From assembly GCF_044704955.1 (NCBI RefSeq), contig NC_091999.1, forward strand, positions 9,858,001-9,922,000: a stretch of 64,000 nt of DNA, written 5' to 3'. The position numbers and the translations under genes are program-made. The notes beneath the pieces were generated by a model that made no database searches, was not told where the DNA came from, and was given only the letters and a program-made list of their open reading frames with translations. Position 1 is the stretch's first letter, and each line of letters starts with the position of its first letter. This DNA is from Pristiophorus japonicus (taxonomy: Eukaryota). Shown here piece by piece: positions 1-9,974 of the stretch.

Positions 1-21
1 GATGGTTGGACCTTGAACTTT

Positions 22-2690
22 GCCCTGTAGACTCATCGAATCATCGAATCATAGAATGGTTTCAGCATGGAAGAGGGAAATTCGGCCCGTCCAACTCGTG
101 AGGACTCTCAGCTAGTACCTCACCCCTGCCCTTCCACCGTAACCCTGCATTCTTTAACCTTCAGGTACTAATCCAACTCCGTTTTGAAAGATAACATTGA
201 GTCTGCCATCATCATCCTTTCAGGCCATGCTTCCCTGATGGTAACCACCCGTGGTTTAAAACAGGTTTTTTCTTACATCGCCTTTGGTTCTGTCGCCAAA
301 CACGTTTAATCTGTGTGCTCTGGTTTTCGAAACTTCTGTCAATGGAAAAAATATCGTTCTATCTACCCTGTCCAGAACGCTCATGATTTTGAATTAAAAT
401 CTCCCATCAATCATCTCTGCTCCAATGAGAACAACCGCAGCTTCTCCAGTCTATCAACGTCACTGAAGTCGCTCATTCTTGGAATCATTTTACTCAATCT
501 CTTCTGCACATTCTTTAAGGTGTTCATAGCCTTCCCAAATGTGGGTCCCGACATTAGATATAAACTACAATTGGGACAGAACCAGTGTTTTATACAGGCT
601 CATTATAGGTTGCACACTTTTGTACTCTATACCTCTATTTATAAAGACAACGATCACGTCAGCCATTTTGAACTGCTTTCTTAACCCGCTCTGCCATCTT
701 CAACGATTTATGCACACATACCCCCAGGGCTCTCTGCTCGTGCACCTACTTTAGGATTGTACCATTTAGTTTATATGTGTTCTCCTCATTCTTTCTACCA
801 AAATGCATCGGTTAACATTTGCTGCGTTAAATTTCATTTCCCACGTGTCCGCCCATTTTACCAGCCTGTCTATGTCTTCCTGAATCTATCACTCTCCACC
901 TCAATTTACACTATACTTCCATGTTTTGTGTCAGCGAGAAATGTAGAAATTGTGCCCTGTACCGCCACGTCCACGACCAATAATATATATCAAGAAAAGC
1001 AGTGGGCATAGTACCGACCCTATCGAGAACATCACGGTATATCTTTCTCTAGTCCGAAAAACAACCGTTTAATACTACGCAGTTTCCTGTCATTTAGCCA
1101 ATTTCGAATACCAGCTGCCATGGTCCCTTTTATTCCATGGGATTTACTTTGCTACCAAGCCTATTATGGGGCATTTTGTCGAGTGCCTTTTTGAAATTCA
1201 TGTGCACTACGTCAATCACTTTACCCTCATCAACCCTGTCCATTACCTCATCAAAAATTCGATTAAGATGGTTAAACAGGATTTGCCTTTAACAAGGCTC
1301 CACTGGATTTCCTCAATTAATCGACACGTATCCAAGTGTCTGTTAATTTTATCCCTGATTACTGTTTCTAAAAGTTTCTCCACTACCGAGGGTAAAGTGA
1401 CTGGCCTATAGTTGCTGTGTTTCTCTTACTCCCTTTTTTGAACAATGGAGTAACATTTGCAATTCTCCAATCCTCTGGAACCACCACCCCCGTATCCATG
1501 GAGGATTGTAATCTTATGGCCAGTAATTATGCGATTACCGCCCTCAATTTCCTCAGGCTCCTAGGATGCATCCCATCCGCTCCTGGTGATTTATCTTCTT
1601 TAAGTACAGCCAGCCTTTTTAATAGGCTTCTTTTTCAATTTTTATCCCATCACGTGTCTCCATTACCTCCTCCTTCACTATGTCTATGGCAGCATCCTAT
1701 TCCTTGTCGAAAAGATGTGCAAAGTGCTCATTTCCCCTCATCAGCCTAATGCTCTGGCTCGATGCAAAAGTCTCCTTTTTGGACTCGAACCGGCCCCACC
1801 CCTCCTCCTACTGACCTTTTATTATTTATATGCGTAAGGAAGACTTTTGGATTCGTGTTTATGTTGGTTGCCAATCTATTATCACACACTCTGTTTGCCC
1901 CTCTTATTTTCATTTTTGTTTTTCCTCTGACCTTTCTGTATAGATCCTGATTCTCAGATACTTTTGCAACCTGACATCTGTCATCTGCGTGTTTTTACTA
2001 CTTCATCTTATTTTCTATTTGTTTCGTCATCCATGGAGCTCTGACTTTAGTTGCCCTACCTTCCCCTCGTGGGGATCTATCTCGAGTGTACACGAATAGT
2101 ATCCACTTTAAAGATTGGCAGGCAAATCATTTTTCCACTAGTTTTTCCTGCCAATCTTTGATTCCAGTTTACCCGAAATAGATCCAATCCCATCCGCTTG
2201 AAATTGGCCTTGCCCCAGTTAAACATTTTTACTCTAGATTATTCCCTGTTCTTTTCGATAGCTAATGTAATCCTTACGATACTTTGATCACTGTTATCTA
2301 AATGTCACCTACTGTCACGTGCTCCATTTGACCTACATCGTTCCCCAGGTCCAGCTCCAGCAAAGCCTCGTCCATCGTCGTGCCGGAAACATACTGATCA
2401 CCGATAGTCTCTGTAACACACTTGAATCATTATTCCCCTTCTCTGCATTTTACAGTTTTAAGATCGCAGTCTATGTTGGATAGTTGAAGTCTCCCATTAC
2501 TACAACTGTAAAGTTCATTCACCTCTCTAATTCCACTGCAAATGCATTCCTCCATATCTTTACCACTCTATAATATATAATATATTATATATTTCCTGAA
2601 GATCTTATAACCAGGAATATTTACTAGCCAATCATGCCCATTTTGTGCCACTTCTCAGTTAATGCCACAACAGCATATTTCCATGTTGCT
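22..2690 (-). mobile_element. CR1-type LINE, decayed ORF2 and 3' end
   Basis: 3' tandem tail seen as (TCATCGAA/TCATAGAA)n at 26-57. Reverse-strand ORF2 remnants align with the better-preserved CR1 copies in this window. Confidence 0.8.
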
Positions 2691-2699
2691 GTTTGTGCC

Positions 2700-3150
2700 T
2701 GCAGCTCAATTATCTCTCTCTATATATCACACTAGACCCTGCCTTAGTTGTTACTGCGCTAGACCATGTGCCAGTTTATATTATACTCGGGTGTGCCTCA
2801 TTTATTTCTACACTAATCTATGCCTCTGTTCATATTACACCATGCTTTTTCTCAGCTATTACTGCACGGGGCATGCCTCTGTTTATATTACACGAGGCCC
2901 TGTCTCAGCTATTGGTGCACTTGACAATGTCTCTGTGTTTATTACACTAGACCATGTCTTTTATATATTCGACGAGTACCTGTTTCTATTTATATTACAC
3001 CAGGCTTTGTCTCTGTTTATGAACACACGACCATGTCTCTGTTCATTCTACACTGGGGCATTATTCATTTAATAATCCTCTGGCATGTCTGATTTTATAT
3101 TTCATTAGACCTTGTTTCTTCTATTACTGCACTAGACCCTGATTCTTTCA
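2700..3150. repeat. Degenerate ~28-bp minisatellite (TATTACACTAGACC.TGTCTC core); paralogs at ~15720-16250 and ~26700-27230
   Basis: CACTAGAC-like cores recur every ~26-29 bp. Confidence 0.65.
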
Positions 3151-3820
3151 ATATTTGACTAGGCTCTGCTTCTCTTTTATTGTAATATAACATGTATTTG
3201 TTCAACGAATACATAGGTAGTTGAAAGTATGATAGATATTGAAATAAATGTGCATGATTATTAGCATTGGCGGGGAGTGCAATAATATTTGGTTGGAAAG
3301 ATGTGTTTAGATTTGTTAAAAACGCTAAAGGCAACTGCGTGCAATTTCTAATTGATCTGGTATTCTGTCGGTAATCTTTGTGTTGAAAGCATGGCGTGAA
3401 TCTTGTAGCAAACTCTGAAAAATGAATGAGGATTGAGGGACAGGTCGAAAGGTGAGCAAAAATGCTCCGCACTTGGCACTGCTTTCTGTCAAGCTCTGTT
3501 GTGCTAAAGTTTACTGATTCACACTTGTGTTGTCCCATGTCAATTGCTCACAGTTATCAATGTTAAGCATTAATTTTCCTGCTATATTTTCTATTTAGCT
3601 TTTGCGTGACACACTAATTGTTATCGACACAGCCCGGAACCGTGACCTCAGAGCACTGCTGGATGGGCGGCCGCAGGAGAATAATGAACACGGGGTCATA
3701 AGCGTTAAATTGTATGAACCTCTGTCCTTGTTTATATTACAGCAAATCAGTAACTGGGTGCATTTTAACTGAACCACTGAACGCTCATTTAATCCAGTCT
3801 CCTGAGGGGAAAATGCCATA

Positions 3821-3922
3821 CTGGTACTGAAGTTGCATGATTAGCCATGATCATATTGAATGTTGGTGCAGGCTCGAAGGGCCGAATGGCCTATTCCTGC
3901 ACCTATTTTCTATGTTTCAATG
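3821..3922 (+). mobile_element. Short 5'-truncated CR1 3'-end insertion (unit A only)
   Basis: GCAGGCTCGAAGGGCCGAATGGCCTA..CCTGCACCTATTTTCTATGTTTC terminus, absent at the paralogous sites ~16665 and ~27865. Confidence 0.75.
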
Positions 3923-4169
3923 ACACATTTCTGCTTACAGACTATTATCACAATCCCAGATATTTTTGAAGGTTAACTAATGCACGCAAGTTAATTGATG
4001 CATTCAGAGACCAGAACAGCAAGGTTAGCGATAGATTTGAGAAATCTCTCTACTTTCTCCAGTGGTCTGCCGAAATGTTCAATTATTATTCTCTTCATTT
4101 GCGCTCCCATTGGATTGCGTGTTTCCAACACCTCCGTTATCACGTTCGGAAACATGGATCTATCTTTAG

Positions 4170-4551
4170 GTCAAACTAAAATAATGTGGCAGAGGATTTA
4201 CCGAAAACCTGAACACATTAAATATTCGGTTTTCATGCAACGCGCGGGATGAATTCACAAACACAGGCAGAATATGGGAAGCGACAAGCAGGGAGTTCCT
4301 TGAACATCGATCTGTGACTTTAAGGGGAAACAGCTGATCAGAACGGGAAAGTACAGTTAAACCCGTCAGTTCATTTTGTGATCGATCTTTCTGACCGATT
4401 GGATCCTGCAGTTTATTTTCTCAGCTGCTCTTGGAAGTTGTTGGGTGACTGTTTGATCCGAGCTTCATTTGGTTTCCTCTCGGTGTGTATTTGAGCGCCT
4501 TACTGTGCGCTGCACATTGTGGCTGCATCTACCCGCGATTCCACACAAACC
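4170..4551 (+). pseudogene. Highly decayed plus-strand V relic with 23-RSS (CACATTG 4513-4519, ACACAAACC 4543-4551); paralogs ~16900-17320, ~28320-28565, ~33370-33770
   Basis: Exact 23-bp spacer. Across the copies the plus strand gives SVLIEC (~16960), QWIDQQ (~33495), TRRFIL (~28370) and GVYLSAL (~4482) in V-domain order. Confidence 0.5.
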
Positions 4552-4586
4552 TAACAGACAGGAGCTCCGACCTACTGTTCAATGCT

Positions 4587-4625
4587 CCTTAATGTACGGG
4601 GGTGAGACGGCTTTCCATCACTGTG
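4587..4625 (-). other. 23-RSS of V1
   Basis: CACAGTG + 23 bp + ACATTAAGG (degenerate nonamer) on the minus strand. Confidence 0.9.
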
Positions 4626-6061
4626 ACGCTCAGAGCGCAGTGATACACTGCAGCATCAGCCAGCTGCAGCCCGGCGAGAGTTAAACTCCTGAATTTAGTC
4701 GAGGTCTGGAGCTCTGCAGAGAAACGGGTTTTGAAACCTCCTCCTTTCTCTTCCTGTGTGCCCTCAGACCATCTCCACACAACAAACTGGGGCGCCTTCT
4801 CTGCTTTTTGCCGGTACCAATGAAAGACGGAGCGGTTTTCTGTGGTACTAGAGATACATTTTATAGTCACCGCTTCACCTTCTCTCCTCTCTACTGAAGA
4901 CTGGGACTGAGTAACAGAATCTCCGTCATTCTGACATAGAAACATAGAAACATAGAAACATAGAAAATAGGTGCAGGAGTAGGCCATTCGGCCCTTCTGG
5001 CCTGCACCGCCATTCAATGAGTCCATGGCTGAACATGCAACTTCAGTACCCCTTCCTGCTTTCTCGTCATACCCCTTGATTCTCCTAGTAGTAAGGACTA
5101 AATCTAACGCCCTTTTGAATATATTTAGTGAATTGGCCTCAACTACTTTCTGTGGTAGAGAATTCCACAGGTTCACAACTCTCTGGGTGAAGAAGTTTCT
5201 CCTCCTCTCGGTCCTAAATGACTTACCCCTTATCCTTAGACTGTGACCCCTGGTTCTGGACTTACCCAACATTGGGAACATTCTTCCTGCATCTAACCTG
5301 TCTAAACCCGTCAGAATGTTAAACGTTTCTTTGAGGTCCCCTCTCATTCTTCTGAACTCCAGTGAATACAAGCCCAGTTGATCCAGTCTTTCTTGATAGG
5401 TCAGTCCCACCATCCCGGGAATCAGTCTGGTGAACCTTCGCTGCACTCCATCAATAGCAAGAATGTCCTTCCTCAAGTTAGGAGACGAAAACTGTACACA
5501 ATACTCGAGATGTGGCCTCACCAAGGCCCTGTACAACTTTAGCAACAATTCCCTGCCCTTGTACACAAATCCCCTCGCTATGAAGGCCAACATGCCAGTT
5601 GCTTTCTTAACCGCCTGCTGTACCTGCATGCCAACCTTCAATGACTGATGTACCATGACATCCAGGTCTCGTTGCACCTCCCCTTTTCCTAATCTGTCAC
5701 CATTCAGATAATAGTCTGTCTCTCTGTTTTTACCACCAAAGTGGATAACCTCACATTTATCCACATTATTATTCATCTGCCATGCATTCTCCCACTCACC
5801 TAACCTATCCAAGTTACTCTGCAGCCTCATACCATCCTCCTCGCAGCTCACACTGCCACCCAACTTAGTGTCATCCGCAAATTTGGAGATACTACGTTTA
5901 ATCCCCTCGTCTAAATCATTAATGTACAATGTAAACAGCTGGGGCCCCAGCACAGAACCTTGCGGTACCCCACTAGTCACTGCCAGCCATTCTGAAAAGT
6001 CCCCATTTACTCCTACTCTTTGCTTCCTGTCTGACAACCAGTTCTCAATCCATGTCAGCAC
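4589..6061 (-). CDS. Open chimeric reading frame: CR1 RT C-terminal half fused in frame to the V1 domain (expression unproven)
   Basis: 490-aa ORF: GVPQGSVLGP..ISKFADD..RPHLEYC..FFTQRVVNLWNSLP, then 3'UTR/tail read-through, then the complete V domain. Confidence 0.45.
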   Translation of the reverse strand: MLTWIENWLSDRKQRVGVNGDFSEWLAVTSGVPQGSVLGPQLFTLYINDLDEGIKRSISKFADDTKLGGSVSCEEDGMRLQSNLDRLGEWENAWQMNNNVDKCEVIHFGGKNRETDYYLNGDRLGKGEVQRDLDVMVHQSLKVGMQVQQAVKKATGMLAFIARGFVYKGRELLLKLYRALVRPHLEYCVQFSSPNLRKDILAIDGVQRRFTRLIPGMVGLTYQERLDQLGLYSLEFRRMRGDLKETFNILTGLDRLDAGRMFPMLGKSRTRGHSLRIRGKSFRTERRRNFFTQRVVNLWNSLPQKVVEANSLNIFKRALDLVLTTRRIKGYDEKAGRGTEVACSAMDSLNGGAGQKGRMAYSCTYFLCFYVSMFLCQNDGDSVTQSQSSVERREGEAVTIKCISSTTENRSVFHWYRQKAEKAPQFVVWRWSEGTQEEKGGGFKTRFSAELQTSTKFRSLTLAGLQLADAAVYHCALSVTVMESRLTPVH

Positions 6062-6435
6062 ACTACCCCAATCCCATGTGCTTTAACTTTGCACATTAAT
6101 CTCTTGTCGAAAGCCTTCTGAAAGTCCAAATATACCACATCAACTGGTTCTCCGTTGTCCACTCTACTGGAAACATCCTCAAAAAATTCCAGAAGATTTG
6201 TCAAGCATGATTTCCCTTTCACAAATCCATGCTGATTTGGACCTATCATGTCATCTCTTTCCAATTTTTATTTTTATTTTTATGACCTGTAACATGTGTA
6301 GAGGAACAAGATAAGACCGAGTATTAAAGGGGCCAGGGAAATGATATTAGCATTTTAGTTTAAATACAGCATTAATCGATCATCCTTACCGACAATAAAC
6401 ACCCCAAACACAACCCAGGCGCTGAATATCTGCAT
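4626..6435 (-). pseudogene. TCR alpha/delta-type V segment V1 (family A), disrupted by a CR1 insertion at the start of the V exon
   Basis: Leader 6435-6390 MQIFSAWVVFGVFIV-G|gtaagg. Acceptor ttacag|gtca at 6287/6286. V exon 4935-4626 reads DGDSVTQSQSSVERREGEAVTIKC..FHWYRQKAEKAPQFVV..RFSAELQ..DAAVYHCALS. The normal spliced message stops within ~14 codons inside the insert. Confidence 0.92.
4936..6282 (-). mobile_element. Young 5'-truncated CR1 LINE inserted into V1
   Basis: (ATAGAAAC)n tail at 4936-4965, near-intact RT coding sequence, TGAC repeated at both junctions (4932-4935 and 6283-6286), and (TTTTTA)3 filler at the 5' junction. Confidence 0.92.
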
Positions 6436-6464
6436 GGCCGCTGCTGAGCCCGATCCTTTCGCTC

Positions 6465-6535
6465 CCTTTAAAAGCCCAATCCAGGACCAGAAGAGACGAT
6501 GTCTGGGGATTCTCAAAGCCCAACGTCACTTCCTG
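6465..6535 (-). promoter_or_regulatory. Family-A V promoter: composite ETS/CRE (CAGGAAGTGACGTTG) and TATA-like TTTTAAA; paralogs 19012-19080, 29129-29198, 34334-34403
   Basis: The motif is conserved ~90-100 bp upstream of the leader ATG in all four copies (variant in the 29.2-kb copy) and resembles the CRE-like decamer of TCR V promoters. Confidence 0.6.
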
Positions 6536-7299
6536 CACACATTACTCCAATGACACCATATCCAATTAACCCACCACATATTGAAAAGATTCAAATGATG
6601 GTCCTGGGTCAGTGGAATCCCTTCGAAGCTCAGCATAAAGCATCTCAGGGTGCAGTCAGTCACTCAGTGGGTGTCTCTGGCGTGAGGAAAGCTTCAGCTT
6701 TGCTGAAGTTTAGAGATTTATTTAATGGGCTCGAACAGGTGACACTGAGTGAGTGATTGTTGACTCTCTGTCGGTGTGTGACGGCTCAGCGAGAGCATTA
6801 ACGTAGTTCTTATTGTACCTTTCGTGTTTATGCACAACTATCCGCTGTGTGCAATATATTTACTCTGGTCACTATTTCTAAGGAAAGAATGTACGCATTC
6901 TAAAAGTATATGCTAGCGATTTAGTTAAAACAGCTTTCATATGAGTTTTCTACTGAGAGACCAGAGGAAAGCTTACAATTCTGTGTCCACAGCAGGTTAA
7001 CCAAATCCGACCCCCGTCAATCACCTCAGTCAGATTAATGAAACGGAATGAAATCAACTGAACATCTTTATCTATATTCAAACACATACATTGTCATTTC
7101 GAGATAATATTGCACCGTCAGCAGATTACTGTTTGTCAATTTCTCAGAGGGGAATATGAGAACTTTCCTCATATATCTCCTGAAGCCGTTAGATGATCAT
7201 TTTACTGAATCTACCCGGAATCACCATTCCACTGTGCTGAAATAATCATATGGGAAGGATGGTTATTGCCATTGGAGAAAGTCCTCACCCGGGTTTTAT

Positions 7300-7675
7300 T
7301 CCTCTCCCCCAGCCTCTCTCTGTCTCTCAAATCTCGCTCTCTCTGTCTCCTGAATCTCTATCCCCCAGTCTCTTTCTCTCTCCATTCCTGTCTCCTCTGT
7401 GTCCCCAAGTCTCTCTCTCTCTATTCCCTGTCTCTCCCCTAATCTCTCTCTCTCCCCTGTCTCTCTCTCTTTCACTGCCTCCCAGTCTCTCGCTCTCTCC
7501 TCAGTCTCTCTCTCTCTCCACCAACACAGTCTCTTTCCCTCAGTCTCTCTCTCTCCCTGACTCTCTCTCTCTCTCCCGAGCATCGCTGTCTCTCCATCCC
7601 CGTCTATCACATTATCTCTTCCCCTAGTCTTTCTTTCTCTCTCTAGCACCACAGTCTCTATCTCTCTTTCCATCC
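7300..7675. repeat. CT-rich polypyrimidine microsatellite; paralogs ~19815-20155 and ~29965-30450
   Basis: (CT)n and CCCCAGT(CT)n runs. Confidence 0.9.
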
Positions 7676-8429
7676 CACAGAAGGCCGCGAAAATATTCAG
7701 GTAGATAAGCACAGCGATAATTTAACCAAAAGTCTAAGTCAGTGAAGCAACGTGATCGACAGCAGAACCGGCCTCCTTCTGTGTCGTAATTTTCTATGAT
7801 TCTATGAAGTATGCTCGGGAGAGAATGTGATGAGAAATAGCTTCCAATCCAAGAAGAATAGCGGCGGCGAGGGAGTCTTTCTGAATATCAAAAATACTGA
7901 TTCAGATGCAAACAGGTTTTACATTTTGATGGATTTACAGAATTCAAGAAAAGCATGGAGCCGAGTCCCGCTGGAGCTTCGAGAAATTCGTGAGCACAGC
8001 GCCCTCTGACGAATATAATGAGAACATTTACTATTTTCGGATACCGGATGAATGGTAACAACTGTAAATGTATCCATGTGGCATTTTCCAGTGCGCTTTC
8101 ATGGGTAGATGTTGCTGATGACAAATACCGTGTCTTGCACATGAACACTGACATGGGCATCAACATTAATCAGATTAATTGGAACATGGAAATTTAGAGA
8201 GACAACTCGCAGATTTGACCCTTTCTGATCTGCACATTAACCAACAAACCACAATGTGCATTCACAACAACTGACTTTCATTTCCTTTCAGTTTAACAAG
8301 AGCCGGCTGCCCTTGATCTTTAGACACAGACTGCAGACAGTCAATATGTATTGTTCTCCTGCTTTCCCAGGTGTCCAGTGAGTCACTTCTCTGTGTCTCA
8401 GCACTGGAGGAAACTTAAAGAACAATGGG

Positions 8430-8830
8430 CCACCTGCTCAGCGACAACTTTAACCGTGGCACAGACAAGCAACTGCCCCTCTGCCTGTCAGTCATGAGCC
8501 TTGTTAACTTGGGCCCAGAAGAGGCGAGGGCCCAGGTGCAGCACGGACCAGCTGACACTGCGATATGTGGGCATGCTTGGTCTGTGCAGCAGAGCAGGTA
8601 CCCACTTTGTCTTGGGTATTCCTTGCCACTGGACCAAGACCTAGCTCTGTCAAGCCGATGTGGTGGCTGGTGTGCAACGGCCACTACACGTTAAAAAAAT
8701 CAAAACAGGCATCTTCCACCCTTCAATATGTAGAATATTATATCCTTCATTGAAACATCTGTGAACACATCCCTTTTTGGCGTGGAAGCAAGTCATCCTC
8801 GATACGACGGACCACCTATGAATGATGACA
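8430..8830 (+). mobile_element. Probable short retroposon with RTE-like 3' tail
   Basis: Ends in AAGCAAGTCATCCTCGATACGACGGACCACCTATGAATGATGA, similar to the RTE 3' termini at 38560-38600. Confidence 0.45.
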
Positions 8831-8929
8831 CCGGTACAAAGTCCTCTCACTCATCGACCTGCACTGGTATGTATTAGAATGAAGAGTTTAGGGTCGAACC
8901 TGCCTGTACCAGGATCTGCCTGTACCAGG

Positions 8930-9330
8930 AGTCAGCCATAGCTGAGTTGGAAGCACTCCTGCCTTGGACTCCAAAGGTTGTGAGTTCAATTCGCACTCCA
9001 TAGAGTTGTGCACAAAGTCTAGCCCACATTGCCCATGTGAGTACTGAGGGAGTGACGCAATGTCAGGGGTGCCATCTTTCGGATGAGACGTGAAACCGAG
9101 GGCTTGTCTGCCTTCTCAGGAGGACATAATATACCTCCGCCTTGTCCTGGTCAATATTTATCACTCAATCAACATCACTAACACATATTAACTGGTCATT
9201 ATATTTCGTTTTCTGCGGGACTCTGCCAGGCTCAAACTGGCTGCTTCGTTTCCTACATTACACGAGTGACAAGTACTTCAGTGGCTGTTGGTCACTTAGC
9301 GACGTCATGAAAGGCTCTCTATCAATACTA
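8930..9330 (+). mobile_element. tRNA-derived SINE with Deu-like central domain
   Basis: A-box/B-box head (AGCTGAGTTGG..GAGTTCAATTC), then GTGCCATCTTTCGGATGAGACGTGAAACCGAGG, which I recall as the DeuSINE core. Confidence 0.6.
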
Positions 9331-9505
9331 TTTCTCTTTCTTTACTCGTTTAACTTCATTTGTAAATTCTTATTATATATTTATTATTAATAAACGTAAA
9401 TATGCGTGAGAATTAATATTACAAGATATCACTGGATACTAATTCAGATTCGCCCCTGATCACAATGTTCGCATGATGGGCTGATATTTTGAGCGACACT
9501 CTGAC

Positions 9506-9543
9506 GGTTTTTGTACCGGTCGGGCCCCTCTTGTGTCTCTGTT
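9506..9543 (-). other. RSS of V2 (mutated heptamer)
   Basis: AACAGAG + 22 bp + perfect ACAAAAACC. Confidence 0.8.
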
Positions 9544-9974
9544 TGTTCAGTGCACAGTAATACATCGCAGAATCTGTGACGTGTGTTTCAGACACATTCT
9601 GCGGGAGGTGTCGGCTCGAATCATTGAGCTTCGCTGATAAACAGTCTGCTGGAAATCTCCCTCCCTCCTCAGTGTATCTCCTTCTCTGCAGCAGAAGCTC
9701 TATGGAGCCGTTGGAACACTGACGGTTCCAGTATAGGTGAAGAGTATCTCCGCTTGTCGCTGTATAATTATATTACAAATGAACAACGTCTCCTTCACTT
9801 ACTGTGGTTACAGCCAGTGTGTGTGAAACTAAGTTTCCTCGACAATTTGCTGCAAGAGCCCCGAGCGGTGTTGAATTAAACTATGTCACTTCACTGTGTT
9901 TATCCCCCAGAATCAGACAGACAGCCCCAATAATTACCTGTGAAGTAATTCAGGGCAGTTGAACAGAAATACAT
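9544..9974 (-). pseudogene. TCR alpha/delta-type V pseudogene V2 (family B)
   Basis: Leader 9974-9938 MYFCSTALNYFT-G|gtaatt. Exon 9849-9544 reads ..VSHTLAVTTVSEGDVVHL*YNYT..LYWNRQ..DSAMYYCALN, with an in-frame stop and the first Cys lost. Confidence 0.85.

Noticed and set aside
4469-4519. D segment flanked by two RSSs (TACTGTG-CGCTG-CACATTG)
   Set aside because: The upstream heptamer-like TACTGTG is not conserved in the other three copies and has no properly spaced nonamer. A V end fits better.
4925-4970. Rescue of V1 by a new splice acceptor formed by the CR1 tail (..TTTCTATGTCAG|AATGAC)
   Set aside because: With the phase-1 leader it gives G|AA TGA, an immediate stop.
8930-9005. tRNA gene
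   Set aside because: A and B boxes are present, but I see no convincing cloverleaf and the sequence continues into a SINE body.
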